The notes under the pieces: generated by a model
The model's database searches: none
What the model was told of the DNA's origin: nothing
The model's input: the letters and a program-made list of their open reading frames with translations, nothing else
From: Geosiphon pyriformis uo1
Lineage: Eukaryota; Fungi; Glomeromycota
Assembly: GCA_016748015.1 (NCBI GenBank)
Contig: JAAOMT010000094.1
Location: forward strand, 190,520-254,519
Direction: 5' to 3'
Length of the DNA stretch: 64,000 nucleotides
Shown here: positions 27,218 through 38,171 of the stretch, one piece after another
How positions within the stretch are numbered: position 1 is the first letter of the stretch
Layout of the letters: each line of letters opens with the position of its first letter
Translations under genes and position numbers: made by a program

Positions 27218-30200
27218 GTGGCAGAATCAGAAAACATAGGAGCAAACCATTTAGGATTCATGAAATCCTTATTTCAACATTACTGCCAACACCTAGGATT
27301 AAACCATAATCACATATCTGTGGAATCAGTCTTCAATTTCTACATCAATAAGAAAATTGCCTACTTATTAGGAACACCAGTAAACACTGAATCAGCAAAA
27401 GAAACCTTCTACAGCAAATTAATCCAAAACACCAGCTTACTAGCAAATCATAATTTCACATCCATCATCACTGAGATCAACAAAAAAATTGAACATCACA
27501 TCCAACAAAGATATCCAATTACTTATGCCAGTAAAGACAAAGAAAAACTACAAACACCAGCAGTAACACCCAAAAAGATACAATCACCCACTTGAAAGAA
27601 AACAAAAGTTGAATTACCAACTGCTCTATCCTATCACTACACACTGGGAAGCACCATCATTATAACATTAGCAAGGGCATTCACATCAAACATGATATCA
27701 ACATTCAGATGATTTTCATTCCAAAGCAAACAAAAGAAAACAGATCTACTAGGACTATACAGTGAATATTTTGAGAGATTTAAATCATGATCACCAACAC
27801 CATCAGGAATTTGATCACCACTGCCTCAACTGGACTTTGGAACCACTACCTTGTGAAAACTATCTGAAGAAGAAAAAGAAGAAGAAAAATTGGAAAATCA
27901 AGAATTTACTTACCAAAACCCAATCCTTAAAAATCTGGAATTTGGAACCCCAAATGTTCAAACTCAGCAAGAAAATTCAGAAATCGAAACCCTGAATATT
28001 CAAGCACTGCAAAATCAAAAACCTGAAGTAATTAATCAGCACTTACCTCCAGTTATTGTCATCGATCAACCACCAGTTGAACCAATTGACCAGTCCATCC
28101 AAACACCAAACCAACAAAATTAACAACCACCCCCAGTACTGCCTCAACAACAACAACAACTTTTACTACAGCAACAACAACAAATGACATATGCACCAAT
28201 TGCAAAGCTTAACAAATTTACTGGCAAAGAAAACGATGCACAAGTTTGGTTAAACAATATAGAAAAAGCCATCACAGCCAACGGATGGAATGACACCAGA
28301 GCCATGCAAGTCATACTCTATTTTCTCAAGGATACAGCAGACTCATAGTATTAAAGCCTGGTTAACAAATCCCAAGATTTCAATGTCTTTAAACTAGAAT
28401 TTTTGAGATACTTTAGCAATAACAACAGCATCAACAGATTAGCCAACACTTTCACTACAATTAAACAAAGAGAAATGGAAGCAGTTACCACATATCTGGG
28501 ATGCTTCCATAGAAATCTGTGACAAATCCAAGCAATTGATGCTAAATATTTCACAGTATTACAAATTCTCAATCAATTCATCTGTGGCCTGTGCAGTAGC
28601 ATCCTGCAACATGTATGTTCATTGCATCCAGCCACTTTCTAGGACACAATCACACATGCCAGAGATTTTGAATCTGCCAAATTAGAAGCCAATCATGTCC
28701 ATGCCGTGAACTTAGTGATGAATGGATCATCTGAATTGGATTCCAAATTGAAACAATTCAGTGATTTAATTAATCAGAAATTAAAGGGATACTTAGCTGA
28801 CAATCACATAATCTATCAACCACCTCAACAATGCAATAATTCAGGAAATGCGAATTATTTCCAAAATCAGTCACATCCATTATCATCAATAGCACCTAAT
28901 CAGTCATGGCAGCCAGAGATGTGCATCTGTTACAACTGTGGTAAACAAAGCCATATCTGAGTAAATTGCCATACTTATAGTAACCAATGATCGGGAAATC
29001 AATACAGAAACCCCGATTGCTGGTTCCAAACTCCGAATTGTTACCCAAATCAAAATCAAATTACTTATCCACCAATGACACAGTCCCAAATTTATCAACC
29101 ACCAGTATATCAAACTCCAGTCTATCAAACACCTACAATCTATCAACCACAGCCATAAGTAATTTATTAGCTGCAGCTTCAAGTAATTTATTAACCCCAA
29201 CAACAAATTCAAACACCACCACAAAACTTGCCTCAAAATGGAATTCAAAGGCCGAGGATGATACAACAAAACTGGTGATCAGTGATGGTAGTCCACCAAC
29301 TGATCCCCAGTTCGTCAAACCAACAAACAGAATCTCGTCAGTGGAATTTCAGGTACTGGTGCCATCCAAAACCCAAATTTTCAGAACTATTTAAGTCTCC
29401 TGGTTATCCCAGAAGATGCCACTACCAACAACTCAAAATCCAACCAACCCCAAACAACACTCACCAACAATATTTTACCAGCAATGGTTACTGAAAATGA
29501 ATCTCTCACAGCCATCTTTCCTTTCAAATTGGAGGAAACCATCAACTCACCTTTATTCAGTGGAACAGCACTCAAAGAAAAACTCATCACCGCGATGTAC
29601 ACTGATGCAAAAGTTGATGATCATTCCATCAAACTAATCCTAGATAGTAGATCAGCTGGCAGCATCATCACAAGACAATTCATAGATCAATTAGGTCGCT
29701 GAGTTGATCATGCTACCAGCACCAGAATTATTACAGCTGATGGAGCAACCAAAACACCCATTGGAGAAATTAATAATTTCCCCATAGAAGTCAATGGCAT
29801 CATAGTACCAATCAAAGTACTTGTCATGGAAGCCACCCAATACCAAGCACTTATTAGGAATAACTGGCTGTCCAAAATTAATGCAAAGCTGAATTGGAAT
29901 ATGCAAGAACTTCAGCTGAGCCAAAATGGTCAACACACACGAGTACCAGCAACGTGTGATCATTTCAAACCCAGCAATGTTATGTCAGCACCACTAGTCA
30001 ATTTTGAGAAGGAAAAGGAGAAATCTACCTGGGAAGCGTACCAAATATTGTGGGCCAACATCAATCACAATGAACTACTACCAATACTCACTTGGGATGA
30101 CAATGATAACAAAAAGAAACAAAGAGAAGAGTCTATCTGGAAAACCACTATTGATGCCTGGAACAATGACAGTGAAAATGAATTAATACTAACAAACTGA

Positions 30201-33200
30201 GAAGAAAAAGGGAAAGAAAAGGAGAAAGAAGAAGACTTATCTGAAGAAACCAACAAAGCCACTGAGAAACTAACCAGTGGCTGGAAAAGGGAATACTCAT
30301 GTGAGCCAATAAAAGAGCCACCTTACATTCCCTTAAAATGTCAGGACTGTAAGAAAAAACTCTTTTCCATGGAAGCATGGATCGTGCCAAACAAAGACTA
30401 CTGAATGTGAACCCATTACTATTGCAAACTATGCCATAAAAAATGCTATGGCTATCCAAAAAGACAAGACAAGTGAGACAACAAACCATGTTTTGTTTGT
30501 GGCAAACAACTACTCAATGAAAGAATGTGGAATGACATTCCTGGTCAAGAAGAAACATGCGACACTTTGTGCTAGTACACAATTCTCATTAGCGACTGGG
30601 TGAGTTATGACATGCCCATAACAACAGCCTGACATAAAGCAATTGACTGATTAGATAGATATCCACATAACAAGGACAAGATTTGACAAATGGCAAATGC
30701 CAAAGTCAAAGAAACCATGTCCAGTGAGATCTTGGAAATTAAAAACAACCTGTCTGAACAGATTGACATTATCTTGATTCCCAACTCAGATGTTTTTCTA
30801 GACATAAAAACCAACCCAGAAGACTTCCACGAGCATTATCAAAACTTGGCACCTATAAGAGAAGAATAGAAGAAGTGTTTAACACAGCTAAACACTCAAT
30901 TATGTGACCACTATCTGATTCCATATGACTTTCAATATTGTGATGATTGTGACCTCACCTACAATCCACCACCATGCATAATCTACACAATCCCAGAGGA
31001 AGAAAAACCAATCAACAACTGTGTCTTAGAATCAGAATCAAGTTCTAACTCCGATTCAAACTCCGACAATGATAATAATGAAAATAACAGTTCCAGTTCC
31101 ATTCAAAATGGCTATGACAATGATTCCAACTCAGATTCAAACTCCAATTCAAACTACGAACAATATATTGCACTCCCTAATCTTACCAAGAAGCAAGAAC
31201 TGAAATGGTTTAGTGATAATGATGAAGGTATCATGCCAGAACGTGTGCATGATACTAATGCAAGATTTGATTTAAGATATCTAAGAAAAGACGCCATCAA
31301 ATTGGAACTCCATTTGTGCACTTGTATTGATCTGAAAATAGAACTAGAAATTCCAGCAACAACAATGGTTCAATTAGCATCTAGGAGTAGTTTAGCAAAA
31401 AAGGGAATAAACATCAGAGAAGAAATAATTAATGCAGGATATGTAGAAAATATCATTGCTATGCTACAAAATGACTCAGAAAAAGCCTATGTTATAGAGC
31501 CAAATAAAAGGATAACACAAGCAATATTCCTGCCTCTGGTGAAAATAACTTAGTTAGTTTTAGTGAGAAATAGAGAAGAATTAGGGATAACAGCTAGAGA
31601 AATACAGGGATTTAGATCAATGGGTAAAATAGATGTACCAATTAATATGATGAAAGAAGAAATTGTTAACCAAGGAGAAATTATCTCAACTGGCCAAGCA
31701 ATTTCTATTCCACCATATGACTAGTATATGGTAGTCATAGAGAGAAAGGTAAAGAATCAAGCACAAATTTTTGAAGTAGAAGCAAGTCTTTATAAATCAG
31801 GAGAAATTGGACTTAGCAATTTATACATACCAGCCAAGAGCCATAACCATATCAAAATTTCTATTTACAACAACACTGGAAATGTTGTAGAGATACCAGA
31901 AGGAACCATTCTTAGATATTTAACCACAAAAATTGAAGATTAAGTACCAAGCAGCATTCCAGATTTTCTATAGCTTTGTGAATATGTAGACATTACATTA
32001 CAAACCATCTACGGACAAAACAAATGTTATCTGTTACAGCCAGAACAATTGAAACAAATGAACATGGGAAATCTAAACTCACTTCAACAGATGTAACTAA
32101 AAATGTTACTCAATAATTTCAATGACATCTTCGCCAGTGAAAACAAATTTGGCAGAACTGATATTATCCAGCATCAGATCAAGACTAGAGATGCAATGCC
32201 AATTAAACAACGGACATACAGAATACCACCAGCCAGCCATGAAATCATCCGTCAAGAGATCAACTGAATGCTTAACAACGGGTTAATTCAACCATTAATG
32301 AGCCCATAGTCATCACCAGTAGTACTCATCCATAAGAAGAATGGAAAAATCCGATTTTGTAGACTACAGGAAACTTAATGATGTAACTCATGGAGACAGC
32401 TATCTAACTTTACAGATACAAGAACTATTTGACACTTTTGGTGAAAACAAATGGTTCTCAACATTAGACTTGGATAGTGGTTACTGGCAAGTAGCCATAG
32501 ATTTAGCCAACAAAAAAAAACAGCATTTATCACCAGAAAAGGGAACTTTGAATTTGAAGTTATGCCATTCGGCTTAACCAACACTCCAGCTATATTTCAA
32601 CAGCTAATGAAAATTGTGTATACTGGCTTATTGTGGAAATCAGCAGTAGTTTATTTGGATAACATCAATGTATTTTCAAAAACATTTGATGATCATTTTC
32701 ATCATCTTCAACAAGTGTTCAAAAGACTATAATGAGCAGGGCTAAAGTTAAATTCTACCAAATGTTTTTTTGGCAAAACAGAGCTAAAATTCTTGGGACA
32801 TATAGTCAGCAAAGATGGCATCAAGACAGATCCAGATAAGATAGAGATAGTAAAGAAATTCTCAGTACCAACCAACACATCTGAGTTAAAATCATTCTTG
32901 GAATTTGTAGGCTACTATTGCCACTTCATTAAAGACTTTTCCAAGATAGCTTAGCCACTTAATCATCTTCAAACCAAGAATACAAAATATGAATGGACTG
33001 AAACCCAGCAAGAAGCTTTTGATATCTTAAGAAGAAAGCTTATTCAAGCTCCAGTATTGATCTATCCAGATCATAGCAAACCATTCATCATCACTACCGA
33101 TGCATTAGGCCAAACATTGGGAGCAGTACTATCTCAGAGAGGACTGGATGGAAAAGAGCAGCCAGTAGCTTATGCCAGTAAAAGCTTAACACCAGCTGAA

Positions 33201-34898
33201 AAGAACTATGGAACTTCAGAACTAGAACACTTAGCAATATATTGGGCAGTTATGAAATGGAAAGAATACTTGAGCCAAAAGTTTGAGGTGTACACAGATC
33301 ACAAAGGATTGACATCACTCCAAAAACAAGAATTTGGAGATGAAAGACAGTCAAGGTAGAAAATGGCACTTTTACCATATACTTATACCATACATTATAA
33401 AAAGGGAAAAGACAATGGAAATGCTGATGGTTTGTTGCAAATAAGACAAATCTAAGAACATTTCAACCCAAAAATATAACAAAATTCAAACAATACTCCC
33501 GAAAATATAACAAAAGATGAACACACAAAAATATCAACAACTTCAACATTATATAAATACTCAACAGTTCAAGAAGAAATTATCTCAACCGGAACAAAAG
33601 AAGATTAAACAACAATCCAAATATTTTATTACTTACCAAAATAAACTTTATCGGAAGAACAGAAAAGAGTCAAATCAACCAACTAGAGTAATTACAAAAC
33701 CAGAAAAGAGACAATACTATTTAATATGCATTCAGACCCAACCACAGAACACTTTCATAAAGAAGCAACCATAGAAAAAACCAGAAAAAGATACTATTAG
33801 CCATTAATTTATCCAGACATTATCCAATATGTTCAAAATTGTGATGCTTGTTAGAGAAAAAGAGGAACAAAATCCAGTAAACCATTAAGACCAATCAAAG
33901 TAAGACAACTATTTGATCGTATTGGAATCAATTTAGTTGGACCATTAACAATCACCAACAGAGGCAACAAATATATTGCAATAGCCATAGACTATCTCAC
34001 TAAATGGCCAGAAGCAAAAGCAATTCAAAGAGCAGATGCAGAATCCATTGCCAAATTTGTTCATCAAGATTTGATTTGTCGACATGGATGTCCAAAAAAA
34101 CTATTATCAGACCAAGAAACCCACTTTGTAAATAAAACATTAGCAGAATTAAGCCAGAGATTCGGAATTAAGAGACCACTATTATCACCATATCATCCAC
34201 AAACAAATGGTTTAGTTGAAAAATTTAATAGAACATTGTGTGAAGCAATTGCCAAACTCAGCCAAGAAAACCAGGACGAATGAGATTTGTTCATATCATC
34301 AGTACTATTTGCTTATTAGACAATGAAGCAAGATACTACACAAGCAACACCATTTAAATTAGTATATAATAGAACAGCAATAATACCAATTGAGATAGGA
34401 GTTAACACATATTCAACTGAACCAATAACAGAAGAAAATTTCCAAGAAACATTGTTAAGAAGAACATATGAGTTAATGGAAACATTGGAAAACAAACAAA
34501 AAAGAGCAGCTAATAACATACAAAAGTTACAAGAGAAACAAAAAGAAAGACATGATAATTAGTTACCAGACAAACCAGTTGAATTTAAGATTGGAGACAA
34601 AGTACTCTTATATCATACCAAAATGGAAAAACAATGGAGTGGAAAATTTGACCCCAAATGGAATAGATCATTTCACATAGAAGAAATTCTAAGGAATGGA
34701 GCTTACAAATTAAGACTGGATAACAAAATTTTAATCAAAGCAGCACATAAAGATCAACTGAAATTATACCACAACATTACACCATCATTTACCAGTAATA
34801 TTCCACAATTAGGAGTACAGAGAATATTAGTCCAACCAGATAAGATTTCACAAGATCTGAAACCAATCATCATCATCAATAACAACACATCTAATTAA
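27218..34898 (+). pseudogene. G2 gag-pol polyprotein remnant: gag, CCHC, aspartic protease, Cys-rich domain, dUTPase, RT, RNase H, integrase with GPY/F tail
   Basis: CYNCGKQSHI*VNC; LILDSRSAGS; FVDYRKLN, LDLDSGYWQ, MPFGL, YLDN; TDAL..LGAVLSQ, YTDHKGL; LLSDQETHF, SPYHPQTNGLVEKFN; GKFDPKW. No chromodomain seen. Stops and a few frameshifts. Confidence 0.93.
31233..31626 (+). pseudogene. dUTPase domain inside G2 pol, between protease and RT
   Basis: Five trimeric dUTPase motifs are recoverable mostly by reversing G->A changes: NARFDL (DAGFDL), SRSSLA, EEIINAGY (GGIIDAGY), RITQ (IAQ), REIQGFRSMG (RG..GFGSTG). Also present in G1 and G5. Confidence 0.88.
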
Positions 34899-34952
34899 TT
34901 GACAAAAAGAATATATAAAGACATAGTCGATACGACAGAAGAGATCAGAAAA

Positions 34953-35444
34953 ATGAAAATCACTGACAATATCCACTCGTTAGCACAACAACTCTTCCAG
35001 TTAATTTAACACCAAAAAATGGAAATTACAATCAATCAACAAACAATTTGTTACAAAAATACGTCAAAAGCTCTACCATATAAGATACAGAGAAAATTCA
35101 AAAATATGGTTGACAAAATAATCACCAAAGTAAAATTGGCCATAAAAGAACAACAAATAGTCGGATTACAACAAGAATTAACCAGAGAAATCTGGAATTG
35201 GTGGACACAACAATTAGAACATTTTGTGAGAAAAAACAACTTATCCACACAAGCCCGAGCCATATTCCAAATACACACAGCATTTCAGGATTGACCAGAA
35301 ATCTTACTCAACAAAACAATAGATACAATTACCAGTAATCAATTAGGAAAGATCACCAATGCTCAATTTGAAGAATTACAGACTCAAATAGCACAAGTAA
35401 TTCTCGAAAATGAAATTTAGGAAATACTTCAAGAAGAGGATTAA
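34953..35444 (+). pseudogene. G2 ORF3, ~163-aa unknown helical protein between pol and PPT
   Basis: ATG 34953 to TAA 35444 in one frame with three internal stops that look mutational. TATATAAAG at 34912. Homologues in G4 and G5, probably also G3. Confidence 0.7.
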
Positions 35445-35489
35445 CAGAATTGGATTTCGATAAAGCTCAATATTAAAAAGAAAAAATAA

Positions 35490-36312
35490 TATTACTCATA
35501 GAAATATAGGAAATATATTAGCATAATCATTAGCCAATCAAAAGTAGACATAGTAAAATGTGGAATTCCAAGATTCCTCAAAGGAATTGCAAGATTTCAG
35601 GAATTTTAGAATTCCACACAGAGAATCGTAGGATTCCAGGAATTCCAGGATTCCTGTCATGAAAAATCAAGAAATTGAGAAATTTCAATTATGTATATAT
35701 AGCAAAAGTATTAAAAGCAGAAAAGACAGACTTCTCAGTTTAGATTTAATCTAGACAACTTTTCAAACCACAATAAATAACTATTTGTTATCTCAATTCA
35801 CTTTCACTATTAACACTTCATGTTGATAGTCTTTGATACTTAACTACATTAGAACAATAGCTCTTGATCATGGCTATTGACGAGATACTAACTTGCAATT
35901 ACATTTTGGCCAAATTTTATTTTCTCTTTATTTCTTTTCTTTTATTTTCTTTTTCTCTTCTGTTTCATTTGATTTTATTGTTGTGCACTAATTGATTGAA
36001 AAAAGTGCTAAATTACTGACGTCAAAAATTGCCTGGTAAAAAACTCCTGTGAAAGAGTAGGATATGTACAGTAGATACAGAATACTTACTAGAGGATTGC
36101 CGGCCACCAAGCCAAGAGAAGAATTGACAAAACTGCAGTTTTGGAAAGCTATGAATAAAACTATTACCATTGAATCTCTGTCCATTATACAAAGAACTCA
36201 ACCAAAACCTTCAGATACAAAACCTTCAGATCATCAACAACAAAAATAGCTTTTAAGCACCAAGTTATGAGTTTGTTATTTGATTTGAGACCCCAAGTAA
36301 TTATCTGTAACA
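35490..36312 (+). repeat. 3' LTR of G2
   Basis: TATTAC...GTAACA after a purine tract. Direct repeat of 26390-27156. Confidence 0.95.
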
Positions 36313-36865
36313 GAAACATTGCTTAAGCAAATCAACTGAGAACAGAGTTTGAATTTACCTTTCCTTAGGAAGAGAAATATAACCAGTAATAAAACTCAGA
36401 GCATGAGGATTCTAATATATATCCAATAAATACATTTTCACACCAACTTTGGCATTCGCAATTAAAAAAGAGTTTTATATTAGCAATTATATTCATTATT
36501 TGACCAATATTTAGTATTAGTAAGTGAAAGTTTGACTGATAGTTTTAAAAATGTATTAAAAATCAACTTTTTTGGGACAAATAAATTTGTGTTGAATGCT
36601 TTTCATAATTTAAACATAATTACGCAGAATGGAGATTTGAACCTAGACTTAACATATTATGTTTTAAAAATGCCAATTATAAATAATAATACACCCAACT
36701 CAAGGTAAACAAAACTGTACACAATACAATATATTTCTAACTTCTTAAAGAATATTTATTAGGCTGTCACATGATTAATTTGATAAGCTTTGAAAACATG
36801 ATTACTTAAAAGAAGTATTAGAGAGTTAATAATAGATAATAATTGTAATTTTATTAACAGATTTA

Positions 36866-37790
36866 CATTTTTTGATGATCTGCTTCTTTACTTGTTACTG
36901 GAATTGGTTTCCAAGTACCTAACAATGTTTTCTTAATTTGTTTTGCTTTAAAAAAGTCTATTTTTTTCATCCATGCAATTTTACTGAATTTTTTCATTTC
37001 TTTGCTTAATATCTATTCATGGCCAATATTACAAAAAACACAATTAGAGACATTTGGATTTACAAACTGTGTCTTTCTTATCTAAACTTGAAATCAATTT
37101 AATTCAGCAATAAAGCTAGGACATGTACGAGACCTGTATATTTTACTTTTAGAAATCTGATGATATTAAAGAGGTTAGTATGTAATCTCTCAAATTTGAT
37201 ACAATTACATGCTGCAATTTTCCAATGCCATTGTGAAAGTGTAGAAGGAATCAATAATTTGAGCATTTTGTTAATTTCTTCAAGTATTACATCATGGCCT
37301 TGATGTTGATTTGAAAGTTTAGATCAAGAAATTACAATTCTTTCTTAAATTAGCTTGCAAACTTCAGGCTTCAATCATAACTATTGTTTTTTATCAGCAA
37401 TTTCAATTAATTGGTAAATAGAATGGTGCCAAGCAGACCAAATTGGTGCAAACATTCATCTAGCCACAAGTTTTAATGAAGACTTATTGAAACAAACTCC
37501 AATGTGAAAGTTAATAATTGCTTGTAAATAAAAAAAGACTTTTTTATACTTTAATCTGAACATGGGATCTGTTTCATTTTGGGCCTATTTTAAGTAATCT
37601 TCAACAGATGGATTTTTCTTAGAAACAACATATGGCCACATTAATTTAGAAACTATTATATGCCTATATATATTACATATTAAATCCCATGACTTATAAT
37701 GATCAGGACATTTTTTAAAAAACTGCAGTTGACTTTTACTCCAATATCTCTGATATTATACAAAGTATTTTATATTGATATTCCAATTGA
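36866..37790 (-). pseudogene. ~300-codon coding fragment inside the pogo element; unknown protein, possibly transposase-like (DUF6589-type)
   Basis: Hand translation gives QLQFFKKCPDHYKSWD...FFYLQAIINF...HSIYQLIE...NQHQGHDVILEEINK...WKPIPVT, with stops explicable by transitions and about one frameshift. The family assignment is from memory only. Confidence 0.55.
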
Positions 37791-37795
37791 TATAG

Positions 37796-37907
37796 GTGTT
37801 GCTGTGTTTGGAGGGTTGACAACATGACATTGTGCTATCTTCTACACGATTATACAAGTATGTGGAGGATCAAATTGACAGCTTTCATTATTGATCATCA
37901 GTTGGAA
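37796..37907 (+). pseudogene. Captured exon of a PP-loop ATPase, tRNA(Ile)-lysidine synthase (TilS)-like N-terminus
   Basis: With one G restored in a G run it reads GVAVFGGVDNMTLCYLLHDYTSMWRIKLTAFIIDHQL, matching AVSGGVDSMAL...hhDHxL. Flanked by TAG| and |GTAAG. Confidence 0.75.
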
Positions 37908-38171
37908 GTAAGAGACAAAAAGTGTTGCAGATGTATTATTGAAATTAGATTTTTTTTTACCAAGAATCTGTCATTTGCACTTAGAATTCTACAGTTGGAT
38001 TAAAATTTTCATTTTTATAATTTGGCTGTTTTTTATAATTTGAGACATCTCATATAACATGAGACATCTTACATGTCTGATTAAATATAAGGCAAAATGA
38101 TGTTTGAAACATAACAGATACATCAATACATTATAAAAGCAAAATGCAATAAAAAGTGTGTTCTTATTAAC

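Larger units (their letters stand above)
26390..36312 (+). mobile_element. Gypsy G2 (family 1): full-length LTR retrotransposon, ~9.9 kb
   Basis: Paired LTRs 26390-27156 and 35490-36312, PBS at 27159, PPT remnant ~35475-35489. Domain order PR-RT-RH-IN is Ty3/Gypsy. Confidence 0.95.

Noticed and set aside
28987-29494. Overlapping ORFs suggesting a programmed gag-pol frameshift
   Set aside because: Explained by a single-base indel near 29347 in this copy. No slippery site conserved across copies was seen.
7347-34898. Alternative genetic code (stop-codon reassignment) to explain the frequent in-frame stops
   Set aside because: Stops fall at different positions in sister copies, derive from TGG/CAA/CAG/CGA by transitions, and the host gene reads normally in the standard code.
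34953-35444. ORF3 as an env gene
   Set aside because: Too short, and no signal peptide, furin site or transmembrane segment.
35988-36249. Sense and antisense short ORFs in LTR U5 (also 26832-27014)
   Set aside because: The sense ORF has a stop in the sister LTR. The antisense ORF is open in both, but they are recent duplicates, and other family-1 LTRs appear to have indels here.
37130-37190. Apparent intron (TACTAAC...CAG) in the minus-strand cargo fragment
   Set aside because: No GT donor, and the region translates continuously (FERLHTNLFNII).
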